Shown here piece after piece: positions 22,380 to 32,602 of a DNA stretch of 64,000 nt. The notes beneath the pieces are model-generated. The model saw only the letters and a program-made list of their open reading frames with translations, ran no database searches and was not told the DNA's origin. The DNA comes from Longimicrobiales bacterium (GTDB lineage: Bacteria; Gemmatimonadota; Gemmatimonadetes; Longimicrobiales; Gaopeijiaceae). Location of the stretch: positions 369,365 to 433,364 of the forward strand of contig JAWLHJ010000004.1 of assembly GCA_041690395.1 (NCBI GenBank), given 5' to 3'. Position 1 is the stretch's first letter. The number at the start of each line of letters is the position of its first letter. A program made the translations under genes and the position numbers.

Positions 22380-24101
22380 TCAGTCCTGGACCGTCGTTTC
22401 CTTGACGATTTCCTCGAGCGTGGTCCAGCCCCGCTCGACCTTCTTGAGACCGTCCTCGCGGAGCGTCAGCATGCCTTCATTGCGCGCGAGCTCGCGAAGC
22501 TCGTCGGTTCCCATCTCGTTCATGATCGCTTTGCGGAGCGGCGTGGTCATGATCATGACTTCGTAGATGCCGCACCGGCCCTTGTAGCCGGTACCGCCGC
22601 AATCGTCGCAGCCCGTGCCCTTGTAGAACGTGGTCTTCCCGGCCCAATCCAGCGGAACCTTGGCCGATACGAGGTACTCCTCCTGATACGTCGTCTCGGC
22701 CTTGCAGGTCTTGCAGATACGGCGGGCGAGCCGCTGCGCGGAGACGAGGTTCAGCGCCGAGGCCACGTTGAACGGCTCCAGGCCCATGTCGAGGAGACGC
22801 GTGACCGTTCCGGGACAGTCGTTGGTGTGCAGCGTTGAGAGCACGAGGTGTCCCGTGAGCGCCGCCTTGATGGCGATACCGCCGGTGCCCAGGTCCCGGA
22901 TCTCACCGACCATGATGATGTTCGGGTCCTGCCGCAGGAACGCCTTGAGCGCCGCGGCGAAGTCCAGCCCGATCTCGGAGCGGACCAGCACCTGGTTGAT
23001 CCCGTGGATGTTGTACTCCACAGGATCCTCGGCCGTCATGATGTTCGTGTCGATCGTATTGATCTGCGACAGCGCCGAGTAGAGCGTCGTCGTCTTCCCC
23101 GAGCCGGTCGGCCCCGTGACGAGCACCATGCCGTAGGGCCTCGAGATGGCCCACATGAAGTCCTTCTCGGCCTTGGGCTCGAAGCCGAACGTGGTCAGGT
23201 CGAAGGTCAGGTTCCCCTTGTCGAGGATCCGGAGCACGATCTTCTCGCCGAAGATGACCGGGAGCGTCGACACGCGGAAGTCGACGACCTTGTTCTTCAG
23301 CTTGAGCTTGATGCGCCCGTCCTGAGGGACGCGCCGCTCGGCGATGTTCAGGTCCGCCAGGATCTTGATGCGGGAGGTGAGCGCCGCCTTCATCTTCATG
23401 GGCGGCTTCATGACCTCCTGCAGCGCGCCGTCGATCCGGTAGCGGACCCGCAGCTCCTTCTCGTACGGCTCGATATGGATGTCGGACACGCCCTTGAGGA
23501 CCGCGTCGGTGAGGAGCCCGTTGATGAACTTCACGACCGGCGCGGAGTCGATCTCGGCGGCCAGCGCCGAGTAGTCCTCGTCGTCGTCCTCCTCGATGAC
23601 CTCGACCTCGTCGAAGTCCTCCCACCCGTCGATCAGCTCGTTGATCTGCTCGACTTCGAACGCGCCGTAGTAGTTCTCGAGGTGCTTCCGGAGCGTGTAC
23701 TCGCCCACGATCACCGGCTCGATGTCGAGCTTGGTGATGAACTTCAGGTCGTCGATGGCCGAGAAGTCGGTCGGATTGGTCATCGCGACCGTAAGCGTGC
23801 GCCCGACCCGCCGAAGCGGAAGGACGAGGTGCTTCTGCGCCACGTCGGCGGAGATCAGCTTCAGGATCTTCGGGTCGACGTTGAATTTGTCGAGGTCGAC
23901 CGCGGGCACCCGGTACTGCTTGGCGAGCATGCGGGTGAGTTCCTCCTCGGCCACGAAGCCGAGGTGGACGAGCGCGTACCCGATACGGTGGCCGGTCGCT
24001 TTGGCTTCCGCGAGCCCTTCCTTGAGCTGCGCTTCCGTGATGAGTCCTTCACGGACGAAGAGATCTCCGAGTCGGACTTCCTGGGCGACCTTGGCTGCCA
24101 T
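22380..24101 (-). CDS. pilB: Type IV pilus assembly ATPase
   Basis: RLGDLFV N-terminus, ERRVPQDGRI, GPTGSGKTTT, tetra-Cys CKTC/CDDC. Confidence 0.96.
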   Translation of the reverse strand: MAAKVAQEVRLGDLFVREGLITEAQLKEGLAEAKATGHRIGYALVHLGFVAEEELTRMLAKQYRVPAVDLDKFNVDPKILKLISADVAQKHLVLPLRRVGRTLTVAMTNPTDFSAIDDLKFITKLDIEPVIVGEYTLRKHLENYYGAFEVEQINELIDGWEDFDEVEVIEEDDDEDYSALAAEIDSAPVVKFINGLLTDAVLKGVSDIHIEPYEKELRVRYRIDGALQEVMKPPMKMKAALTSRIKILADLNIAERRVPQDGRIKLKLKNKVVDFRVSTLPVIFGEKIVLRILDKGNLTFDLTTFGFEPKAEKDFMWAISRPYGMVLVTGPTGSGKTTTLYSALSQINTIDTNIMTAEDPVEYNIHGINQVLVRSEIGLDFAAALKAFLRQDPNIIMVGEIRDLGTGGIAIKAALTGHLVLSTLHTNDCPGTVTRLLDMGLEPFNVASALNLVSAQRLARRICKTCKAETTYQEEYLVSAKVPLDWAGKTTFYKGTGCDDCGGTGYKGRCGIYEVMIMTTPLRKAIMNEMGTDELRELARNEGMLTLREDGLKKVERGWTTLEEIVKETTVQD

Positions 24102-24220
24102 CAGTGAGCTTTCCCCTTGAGCCGGGACGTGGGAGGCGACGGCACGTCACATGAGTTTCAAAACTACGGGTCCCCCCCGGCACTCTACAAGCTTCCCATT
24201 CTCCTCGTGGTGCCCGCGGC

Positions 24221-24859
24221 TCAGAAGCCACCGGACACTCGGACGCTTCCACGCATGCGTTCGAGGGTCGCCGGCCCGATACCGGGAACACGAAGAAGAT
24301 CGTCAATCGACGTAAACATACGTTTTCTGCGCTCCGCGAGAATGCGCTCGGCGAGCGCCGGACCGATGCCGGGCAACCCCTGCAGCTCCTCCGGGCCCGC
24401 CCGGTTGACGTCGACCGTCGCGGCGGGCACCGCCCGCGAGGCGGCAGTCGCCGTCGCCCGTGCCGGAGGTCGGTCGAGGTCGAGCAGCCCCTCGAGCCGC
24501 TCGACGGTCGCCGGCCCGATGCCGCGCACATGAGTCAGATCGTCCGGCCTACGGAACACGGTGCCCTCCTCCCGCGCACGCACGATGGCCCGGGCCGTCG
24601 CGGCGCCGACGCCCGGCAGCCGGTCGAGCTGGACTTCGTCCGCACGGTTTGGGTCGATCCTCTCCCCCTCCCCCAGCGGCTCCGAGCGGGCCTGCGCCTC
24701 GTCCGCCGCAACCCGGCTGTCCTCCAGCAGCTCTTCCAACACGTCGTCACCCGCGGGGCTCGCCGCGGGCTCGGCCCGCGCCCAGGCCCATCGGGCCGAG
24801 CTCACCAGTAACAGGATCACCACGGCCCGCTTGAGGGCCCGAGCCTCCGCGTCGTGCAT
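24221..24859 (-). CDS. comEA: ComEA-like DNA-binding protein with two HhH modules
   Basis: N-term TM/signal; IDPNRA..LDRLPGVG..VRGIGP and VDVNRA..LQGLPGIGP..VPGIGP. Confidence 0.88.
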   Translation of the reverse strand: MHDAEARALKRAVVILLLVSSARWAWARAEPAASPAGDDVLEELLEDSRVAADEAQARSEPLGEGERIDPNRADEVQLDRLPGVGAATARAIVRAREEGTVFRRPDDLTHVRGIGPATVERLEGLLDLDRPPARATATAASRAVPAATVDVNRAGPEELQGLPGIGPALAERILAERRKRMFTSIDDLLRVPGIGPATLERMRGSVRVSGGF

Positions 24860-24955
24860 GGCGGAACGATGGCGGGGCGGGCCGGGCGGCGGGATGCCGG
24901 AACGGGACGGGACGGGACGTCCGGACTCAGGGCTCCGGATGGCCCGCCGCCCACC

Positions 24956-27900
24956 TCAGGGCGTGGGGAACGAGCCCGCCGAGAACTCGAGCTGACCGAA
25001 CACGCCGAGCTGCAGCTGGGTCGAGCCGGTCCGGAGCCCCACGAACGACTGGCGGTCGTCGAAGCTGAGCTGCATCCCTACCTGGAAGTCGCCCACGGCG
25101 GTGTCGACGGAAACGCTCAGCGTCCGGCGGATCTGGTCGACGAACGCCACGCATCCCTCCCCCGCACGCGTGATGCGGCAGCTCCGCTCGGAGACGTACC
25201 CGGCGAGGATGGACAGGTCGATGGGGCGGTCGAGGCGACCGGCGAGCGGGCCGGCCGGGTCCCAGCGGCTCCGCACGGAGAGCCGGTGCGTGACCTCTTC
25301 GAGCTCCGTGTCTCCCGTCGGGTCGATGCCCCGTCCGGTACGCACGGCCCCCTGGTACGCGGTGACGAGCGTGCCGAGCCATTGCAGCGTCAGGTCGAAC
25401 GGGACCCGCAGGTCCTCGTCCTCGGACCGCCTCGTCGAGATCCCGCCGAGCTCGGTGTGGCGCACGGTACGCTGTACGCCCGACGTGAGCGTCAGCGTCC
25501 GCATCCCGGTGAACTCGGGGAGGCCGACCGAGGGGAGGCGGGCCTGGACGTTCGGCCAGGTCCGCTGGTGCAGCCGACGGTCGCTCCGGACGTCGAGCGT
25601 GGTCGCGTCGACGATGGCGTATCCGACCTGGAGCGAGGCGGCCCGCGGCAGGTTGAGCCCCGTGCCGAGCGTCCAACTCTGGCGGTCGGTCCAGATCGCG
25701 GCGGTATCCCCTTCGATGACGCGGAACGATTCCTGACCCGCCCAGCCCACCTGATATCCGAAGCCCGGGTCCACGGCCTCACGGCTGAAGCGGGACGTGA
25801 CGCCGTCGCGGTAGGCCGCGGTGAACGGCCGGAGCGCGCCAAGCATGGAGCGGAGCTGGGTCAGATCGTCGGGCTCCCCCGGCGCAGCTTCGCCGAGCCA
25901 GGTGCGCGCGAACTGGCCGGGATCGAGCGCGAGCGACACGCCCCAGTCGCGCTGGCCGCGGGCGTCACGAGCGAGCGCGAGGGCCGTGTCGCCCTCGGTG
26001 ACGGAGCGCGCCAGGAGGTTGGCGCTCCGGTCGGACCGGTAGGTGGTCGTCCAATCGAAATCGTTACGCAGGAACGACACGAACTGCGGGGTGAATCCGA
26101 GCCGGGTACGGATCGTGCGCCCGGTCTCCCAGCCGAGATCGACGCCGGCCGGGCGCGCCCGCTGGCCCCGGAGCAGCGCCTGAACCGCCGGATCGCTCAC
26201 CGCGTCGTCGGCCCCGAGGAGGTCGCGCTCCGACGAGAAGGTGAGCTCGGCGCGGAGCGGAGGAATCGGACGGAGGCGGACGTCCGCCACGCTCCCCAGG
26301 CTTTCGCGTGGCACCAGGGTCGGGAGCGTTCCCGGGTCGTCGGGGCGCTCCACGATCCGCTCGAACCGGAAGATCCGGTCGTCCTGCCGCAGATACGATG
26401 CGCCGATCGACACACGCTCCGGGGTCAGCCGGAGCGGGGTGTCGACCACGCGGTCCTCCAGAAAGCCCGGAAGCAGACCGCGCAGGAAGTCCTTCGCGAA
26501 GTCGGGCACGAGATCGACCTCGCGGGGGGCTGGCTCCCGTGCCCACGCGACCCCCGCGTCCGTGCTTCTGGACGAGTACCGTGACGCGATCGTCGACCCG
26601 CTCGACCGCGTGTAGGCCGCCCGGGCGCTCAGCCCGTCCACGAAGAAGCCCGCCAGCGGATCGGCAGCGGGCGTGCGGCGGCGGAACGCGACCCCCACCC
26701 GCGTCCGGCGGGACGAGGTCTCACGGAGGTCCACGAGCCGGTCCGCCCGCAGGTCCGACCCTTCCAGGAAGCGCGGCGCCTGGCTCGTGCGGTTCACGTC
26801 GAGCGTCACAGGCACCTCGACGCCCCAGTCGCTCGGCATCATCCGGTCGAGCGCCAGCGTCGAGCGGAGATCGATCGAGCGGTCGGTCTGGTACGACGCC
26901 TCCTGCCGGAGCTGACGGAAGTCCGCGCCCCGGTTGGTCACGCTGAGCCGCGTGTTCAGCGCGCCCCCTCCGTCGAGCACGACATCGACCGATCCCGCCA
27001 CGCCCGCCGTCCGCACGGGATCCCCCAGACGCAGCTCGTCGATCCACACTTCACCCGAGATCGGAGCGTCCCCCTCGTTCCAGACGCCCAGGGACAGCTC
27101 GCGGACCGCCGCCAGGTTCGGGGCGCGGCCGCGGTCCTTCAACGACACCGCGTAGGTCGAGTCGGCCGACCACACCATGACGGCCGGGTCGCCGGGCCCC
27201 CGCGGATCGTCGAGCAGGATCTCCTCGGCGCGCTGCCGCAGCGCGAACCACGCGTCGAACTGGACGCGGATCTCGGGGAGCCAGTCCGCTGGCTCGACCC
27301 CGCCGGCCGTCGCGGAGCCGGGGAGGCGCGTGCGGTACAGATAGAAGTTGTCCGGGTCGTTGCCGACCTTGAAGAAGAAGGTCTGGGGGCGTTCCGGACC
27401 GAAGTCGCCCTCCCGCGCCACGACCCAGAGCCGCGCCTGCCGGTACGAGAGGAAGCTGCGTGGGCGCTGCGGGAAGCGCTGGTAGACCTCGGCGCGCGAC
27501 CCGGGGGCGAGATCCTCGAACGCCAGGCCGAGCGACTTCTCGTTGAACTCGATCCCCTGCCCCGCGAAGGCGCTGGTCGGGTCGACGAGCTCCTCGAGCA
27601 CGCCAGGCGGCGAGTTGTACGCCGCGCCCTCGGTCAGCCGTGAGACCGCAGACACCTCCACGCGCCCGGCGATGCCCAACGTGTCGCCGCCGATCCCCGC
27701 GAACACGCCCTCGCCCCCACGCTTGATCCACCGGGAGCCGACGAGGCGCATGCGTGCCAGCCGCACCTGCCGCCCCGACGGACCGACCGCGGTGATCCGC
27801 AGGTGGCGTACGGCCCGGAGATCCGCGTCACCCACGGCCCCGCCCACCTCGATGCCGCCGTCCCGGATGGGGATGCGGTACAGCTCGAAGCCGAGCGGCG

Positions 27901-30900
27901 AGCCCGTCTCGGCGGCCGAGCGCGCCAGGTACGGGGACGTGCCGTCCAGGGTCAGCACGTAGCGCAGATGACGCTCCGCTGTGTCGAGGATGCCGTCCTG
28001 GTCGAGGTCCTCCGAGTCCGGGCGGCCGTTGCCGCGGGTGCACACGCTCCGCGGATCGCCGATGCGGTAGATCCGGCCGCGCTCGGCCACGCACGGCTCG
28101 GCCCACACCCCGAGCTCGTCGGCCGCGTCGTTCCAGAGCTCGCCCCGGGCGGGGTCGGCCTCCTGGTCGAGGATGCCGAGGCCCCAGGGGCGGCCGCCGG
28201 CCCGGGTGCCCGAGGTGTTGCCGTTCGCGTCGACGAAGAACGCGTCCTCACTGACCGTTCCGAGGTCCAGCACCAGCCGCACGTCGTCGCCCGCGGCCAC
28301 GTAAACCTCCAGGAACTCGGTGCGGGTGAGGTCGAGCCCCTGGGTGGAGAGCCCCGTCGTGATCGATCGCCACCCCAGCGACCCTCCACCGAGCGGGCCG
28401 TCCAGGTCGAGGAGCAGTCCCTGCTCCCGCGTCTCGGCGCCCGCGACCCGGATCTGCCGGTCGATGTCCTCCCGAGCGAAGTATCCCTCGTGGATACCGA
28501 GGCTGTCGCCTCCCGGGCCCTCCACGATCCACTGGGTCTGCCACGTCATGGGCGCGGCCGTGGTGGCGTCGAGCACCCCGGGGAGCACACCCTCGGCTCC
28601 GTCCTGGAACGTCGGCGCGCTGCCGAGATTCCAGCTCGACGCGACGAGCGACACGGGGAGCGCCTGCGCCGCGTCGAAGTCGTCGACGAAGGCGCGGCCG
28701 TCGGTGTTCGGGTTGGGCATGGAGACCGCCAGCTCCCCATCGATGTCGAGCGACGTCACGCCCTCGAGGCGGAGGCCGGGCACGACGTCGAGCACGCGGT
28801 CCATCCAGGAGAGGGTGGTCCCATACGTCGCCGTTACCCCTCCGAGCAGCGCCGCGCCGGGCTCGGTCCCGAGCACCGGACGTCGCACGACGGAGCGCTC
28901 GGAGCGATACAACCCCAGCACGTCGAAGCCTCCGGAGCCGCCGAGGTCGGTGTGCGTCCGGAATCCGAAGACCTGGGTCGGTGACACCTCGAAGAGCGAG
29001 CGCTGCTCCCAGGACGCCCGCACGGACGCGGTCGGATCGGTCGCGAAGAGCGCCTCGGCGTCGAGGAGCACCACCTGCCCCACGTCGTAGTCGATCTCGT
29101 AGTCGAGCCCGGGGGTCAGCACCCGGTCGCCGAGCGTGATCCGCTCGCTTCCCTCACGGATGCCGAAGGCGCCGAGGGAGAACGACGAGATGACGCCGGT
29201 CGACTCGAGGCGGTAGGCGATGGTCAGCCGGAAGCGCCCCGCGTTCTCACGCTCGAACGGGTCTTCGTCCTCGTAGATGCGCGGGTTCGCGTCGTCGGCC
29301 AGGATGGCGGCCACCTCCCCGTCGGAGAGCCCGAGCGACGGAATCGGCGGCGGCTGGGCGAACGGACGCAGCGTCGGAAAGACCACGAACGTCCCCTGCA
29401 CCGGATCGTTGTCGGCCAGGCTGAAGAGGTCCCCGCCCGGCTGGTAGACGAACGACGGGTCGATGCGGTCGAGCGGCGCCTCCTCGTCGAGGCCGAAGAG
29501 CCGCAGGAAGGTGAGGCCCTCCCCCGACGGCCGCCGCTTGAACGTCCGGCCCTGGGCCAGCTCGCCGATGGAGACCGTCAGGTCGACCGAGGACGGGTCG
29601 ACGTCCGGCGATCCCGACACCCGGTAGACCTGGTGCATCTCCAGGTCCCACGTGGGGAGCCCCGGCCGGTGGTTCGCGCCGCTCGCCTTGAGGAGCCGGA
29701 GCGTCGGGCGCTCGCCGCGGTTCGCGATCCGCTCCGGGTTGTAGTCCCCCACCGTGTCGCCGACGGCGGTCACGTAGGTGACGGCCAGCATCTCCTCGGG
29801 GCGGAGGGGGGTGCGCAGCGCCACCCACAGACCGCTCGGGTGCACGTAGTAGTCGACGCCGGGCTGCAGGTAGCGGAACCAGCCGGCCTCGCTCACCGTG
29901 TCGGTCGCGCTCTCCGCGACGGCATCGGCCTGAATGAAGCCCTCGACCTGCGACTGCAGCACGGCGTCGTTCTCGAAGCGGTAGAGCTGCACCGGATTGT
30001 TTCCGGGCGCCACGTCGGGGGGCGCGGAGGCCGGATCGAGCGACAGCACGTCCACGTGCGGATACCGGTCGAGGGCCGACGGGTCGAAGAGGAAGAAGAA
30101 CTGGCCCCGCGCGTAGTCGGCGTCGTCGAGCACGAGGGTGTCCTGCTGCACGAAGCCGCGCTGGTCGCCGATGCCGCTCAGCTGAAAGACGCGCGAGTTG
30201 AGGTCGCCCCGCTGCTGCGCCCACACGGTCTGGAAGTCGACCGGCCCGAACTGGCCCTCCGCCTGGAATCCGAAGTTCCCCGCCGGGAGCCCCTCGGTGA
30301 GGAAGCGCGAGCGGGGGAGGCGGAAGGTCACGTCGCCGACCTCGAGGCGCCGCAGGATGTCGTCCTCGCCCCCTTCGTAGAAGATGTTGATGCGGTTCGC
30401 TGCGTCGAACTCCCGCGCCTGGTCGAAGTCCACGTCGACCCGCACCCGCTCGGCGATCGTCCCGTCGAGCTGGACACCGAAGAGGAACTCGGGGCTCAGC
30501 TGCGGGATCAGCGACGAGGTACAGCTCGCCTTGAACTGCACATCGCACGGCTCGAAGCGCGCCCAGTCACCGCCGAGCTCCATGCGGCTCCGGACCCGCA
30601 TGGCCAGGTCGGCGAAGTCGGTGACGAAGCGGTCGTCGTCGGGCGCCAGAACGCGGGGCGCGACGACCGGAGCCGGCGGCAGGAAGCGGGCGGTATCCGG
30701 GATCGGTGGACCGAACGTCGCCACGCGCCACCTGAGGGCGTCGGAGAGCCAGGGGTCGGGCCGGAAGGCCGGTCCCTCGACGACCCGCGCCTCCGCCCTC
30801 CGTCCGACGCCCTCGACCGACACGGGGATCCTCCGGAGACCCAGCCGCACGCTCGGCTCCCCGGGCGCGGCCGACAGCCCGCTCACGACCGCGGCCGGAG

Positions 30901-31039
30901 GCCGGTCGAGCGCCGGACGCAGGATCGTGTCGGCGACGGGCACCGCCACACCCGGGGGCGCGTGTCCGCCGAGCGCGACCGTGCCGGCGAGCGGGGGGAC
31001 GCTCACGCACAGGAGAAGGAGGGAGAGTCGGGCAGTCAC
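24956..31039 (-). CDS. sprA: SprA/Sov-like very large outer-membrane protein (T9SS translocon homolog)
   Basis: 2027 aa with signal peptide and SprA-type blocks: FYEGGEDDILRRLEVGDVTF, GNFGFQAEGQFGP, DYEIDYDVGQV, AFVDDFD, WRSITT, SEDLDQDGILD, SGEVWIDELRL. Confidence 0.8.
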   Translation of the reverse strand: MTARLSLLLLCVSVPPLAGTVALGGHAPPGVAVPVADTILRPALDRPPAAVVSGLSAAPGEPSVRLGLRRIPVSVEGVGRRAEARVVEGPAFRPDPWLSDALRWRVATFGPPIPDTARFLPPAPVVAPRVLAPDDDRFVTDFADLAMRVRSRMELGGDWARFEPCDVQFKASCTSSLIPQLSPEFLFGVQLDGTIAERVRVDVDFDQAREFDAANRINIFYEGGEDDILRRLEVGDVTFRLPRSRFLTEGLPAGNFGFQAEGQFGPVDFQTVWAQQRGDLNSRVFQLSGIGDQRGFVQQDTLVLDDADYARGQFFFLFDPSALDRYPHVDVLSLDPASAPPDVAPGNNPVQLYRFENDAVLQSQVEGFIQADAVAESATDTVSEAGWFRYLQPGVDYYVHPSGLWVALRTPLRPEEMLAVTYVTAVGDTVGDYNPERIANRGERPTLRLLKASGANHRPGLPTWDLEMHQVYRVSGSPDVDPSSVDLTVSIGELAQGRTFKRRPSGEGLTFLRLFGLDEEAPLDRIDPSFVYQPGGDLFSLADNDPVQGTFVVFPTLRPFAQPPPIPSLGLSDGEVAAILADDANPRIYEDEDPFERENAGRFRLTIAYRLESTGVISSFSLGAFGIREGSERITLGDRVLTPGLDYEIDYDVGQVVLLDAEALFATDPTASVRASWEQRSLFEVSPTQVFGFRTHTDLGGSGGFDVLGLYRSERSVVRRPVLGTEPGAALLGGVTATYGTTLSWMDRVLDVVPGLRLEGVTSLDIDGELAVSMPNPNTDGRAFVDDFDAAQALPVSLVASSWNLGSAPTFQDGAEGVLPGVLDATTAAPMTWQTQWIVEGPGGDSLGIHEGYFAREDIDRQIRVAGAETREQGLLLDLDGPLGGGSLGWRSITTGLSTQGLDLTRTEFLEVYVAAGDDVRLVLDLGTVSEDAFFVDANGNTSGTRAGGRPWGLGILDQEADPARGELWNDAADELGVWAEPCVAERGRIYRIGDPRSVCTRGNGRPDSEDLDQDGILDTAERHLRYVLTLDGTSPYLARSAAETGSPLGFELYRIPIRDGGIEVGGAVGDADLRAVRHLRITAVGPSGRQVRLARMRLVGSRWIKRGGEGVFAGIGGDTLGIAGRVEVSAVSRLTEGAAYNSPPGVLEELVDPTSAFAGQGIEFNEKSLGLAFEDLAPGSRAEVYQRFPQRPRSFLSYRQARLWVVAREGDFGPERPQTFFFKVGNDPDNFYLYRTRLPGSATAGGVEPADWLPEIRVQFDAWFALRQRAEEILLDDPRGPGDPAVMVWSADSTYAVSLKDRGRAPNLAAVRELSLGVWNEGDAPISGEVWIDELRLGDPVRTAGVAGSVDVVLDGGGALNTRLSVTNRGADFRQLRQEASYQTDRSIDLRSTLALDRMMPSDWGVEVPVTLDVNRTSQAPRFLEGSDLRADRLVDLRETSSRRTRVGVAFRRRTPAADPLAGFFVDGLSARAAYTRSSGSTIASRYSSRSTDAGVAWAREPAPREVDLVPDFAKDFLRGLLPGFLEDRVVDTPLRLTPERVSIGASYLRQDDRIFRFERIVERPDDPGTLPTLVPRESLGSVADVRLRPIPPLRAELTFSSERDLLGADDAVSDPAVQALLRGQRARPAGVDLGWETGRTIRTRLGFTPQFVSFLRNDFDWTTTYRSDRSANLLARSVTEGDTALALARDARGQRDWGVSLALDPGQFARTWLGEAAPGEPDDLTQLRSMLGALRPFTAAYRDGVTSRFSREAVDPGFGYQVGWAGQESFRVIEGDTAAIWTDRQSWTLGTGLNLPRAASLQVGYAIVDATTLDVRSDRRLHQRTWPNVQARLPSVGLPEFTGMRTLTLTSGVQRTVRHTELGGISTRRSEDEDLRVPFDLTLQWLGTLVTAYQGAVRTGRGIDPTGDTELEEVTHRLSVRSRWDPAGPLAGRLDRPIDLSILAGYVSERSCRITRAGEGCVAFVDQIRRTLSVSVDTAVGDFQVGMQLSFDDRQSFVGLRTGSTQLQLGVFGQLEFSAGSFPTP

Positions 31040-31165
31040 ACGAATCGCGTCAGCGGTTGAACCGTCGGCACACGGTCGGGGTACGGGAGCGACCGAAGCC
31101 GCTCGCGCCGACCCCCGGGGCGCCCGAGCACCAGATCATTCCAGCAGGGATCCACAGACGCAGCC

Positions 31166-32602
31166 ATGCGCCTCAGCGTGCTCACCAGGTACCTGATCCG
31201 GATCCATGTAGGTCCGTTCCTGTTCGCCCTGTGCACGATCACGGGGATGATCTTCCTGAACGCGGTGGCGCAGCGGGTGAACGACCTCGTCGGCAAGGGG
31301 CTGCCCCTGCAGGTGATCGCCGAGTTCCTGGTGCTGTCGTTACCCCACACGATCGCCTTGTCGCTCCCGATGTCCGTGTTGGTCGCCGTCCTCTACGCGT
31401 TCAGCGAGATGACCTCGGCCAACGAGATCACCGCGATGTCGGCGGGGGGCATCCGCCCGAGCCGTGTCCTCGGTCCATTGCTGGTGATGGGCACGCTCGC
31501 GACCGGGGTCATGCTCTACTTCAACGATCGAGTGCTCCCCGAGTCGAACCACGCGCTAAAGAACCTGCTGCTCGACATCGGTCGCAAGAGCCCGACCCTG
31601 GATCTCCAGGAACAGGTGGTGAACGAGATCGCCACCGACGAGGGCTCCGAACGCTACTTCCTCACCGCCGCGCGCATCGACCCGGGGACGAACACCCTGC
31701 ACGACGTCACCATCTTCGACGCGAACGATCCGCAGCGCCAACGCACGACGTACGCGGCCCGCGGCCAGATGGCGTTCAACGACGCGCGCACCGACCTCTT
31801 CCTCACGCTGTACGACGGGGTCGTCCACGAGGTGCAGTCCGAGCGCATCGGGGGATTCCAGCGGGTCTTCTTCGACCAGCAGATCGTCCCGCTCAGGGAG
31901 GTCGGCAACGAGCTCGAGCGCCGGCTGGGGGGGTCCGACCGCTCCGACCGAGAGATGGGCTTCGCGCTCCTCTCGGAGAACGCGAACCGGCGGCGGGCCG
32001 AGCTCGACTCCCTCCGCTCGGTCAGCCGCCGGGAGACGGTCACGGTCGTGCGCCAGGCCCTAGGGCTGCCGGTGGAGGCCGGCGACAGCATCGGCGCGGA
32101 CGGCACCCGGCGGCCGCGCACCGCGGGCATCCTCGCGCGCGACCTCGCCACGCAGCGCATGGTCGTCGAGGCCCGGAGGAGGGCGACGGTCGGCGCGTCC
32201 CACGCGCAGGCCATCAACCGATACCAGGTCGAGATCCACAAGAAGCTCGCCATCGCGTTCGCGTGTCTGGTCTTCACCGTCATCGGCCCGCCCCTCGCGC
32301 TCCGGTTCCCGCGCGGCGGCGTCGGCATGGTGGTCGCCGCCTCCACGCTCATCTTCAGCGTGTACTGGGTGGGGTTGATCGCTGGTGAAAGTCTCGCGGA
32401 TCGCCGGGTGGCGAGTCCCGTGCTGACCATGTGGGGGAGCAACGTCATCTTCCTCCTGGCGGGCATCTGGCTGGTCCGGCACATGGGCGACGCCGGCTCG
32501 ACGGTTCGAGGGGGGAGCGGCCGCATGAGCGCGTTCTGGCGGCGGGTCGGCGCCTGGTTCCGGGGCGACCGGATGTCCGAAGCCGGGGCCACCACCCCAT
32601 GA
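31166..32602 (+). CDS. lptF: LptF/LptG family permease
   Basis: LSLPMSVLVAVL...NEITAMSAGGI and VEIHKKLAIAFAC. Confidence 0.85.
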   Translation: MRLSVLTRYLIRIHVGPFLFALCTITGMIFLNAVAQRVNDLVGKGLPLQVIAEFLVLSLPHTIALSLPMSVLVAVLYAFSEMTSANEITAMSAGGIRPSRVLGPLLVMGTLATGVMLYFNDRVLPESNHALKNLLLDIGRKSPTLDLQEQVVNEIATDEGSERYFLTAARIDPGTNTLHDVTIFDANDPQRQRTTYAARGQMAFNDARTDLFLTLYDGVVHEVQSERIGGFQRVFFDQQIVPLREVGNELERRLGGSDRSDREMGFALLSENANRRRAELDSLRSVSRRETVTVVRQALGLPVEAGDSIGADGTRRPRTAGILARDLATQRMVVEARRRATVGASHAQAINRYQVEIHKKLAIAFACLVFTVIGPPLALRFPRGGVGMVVAASTLIFSVYWVGLIAGESLADRRVASPVLTMWGSNVIFLLAGIWLVRHMGDAGSTVRGGSGRMSAFWRRVGAWFRGDRMSEAGATTP

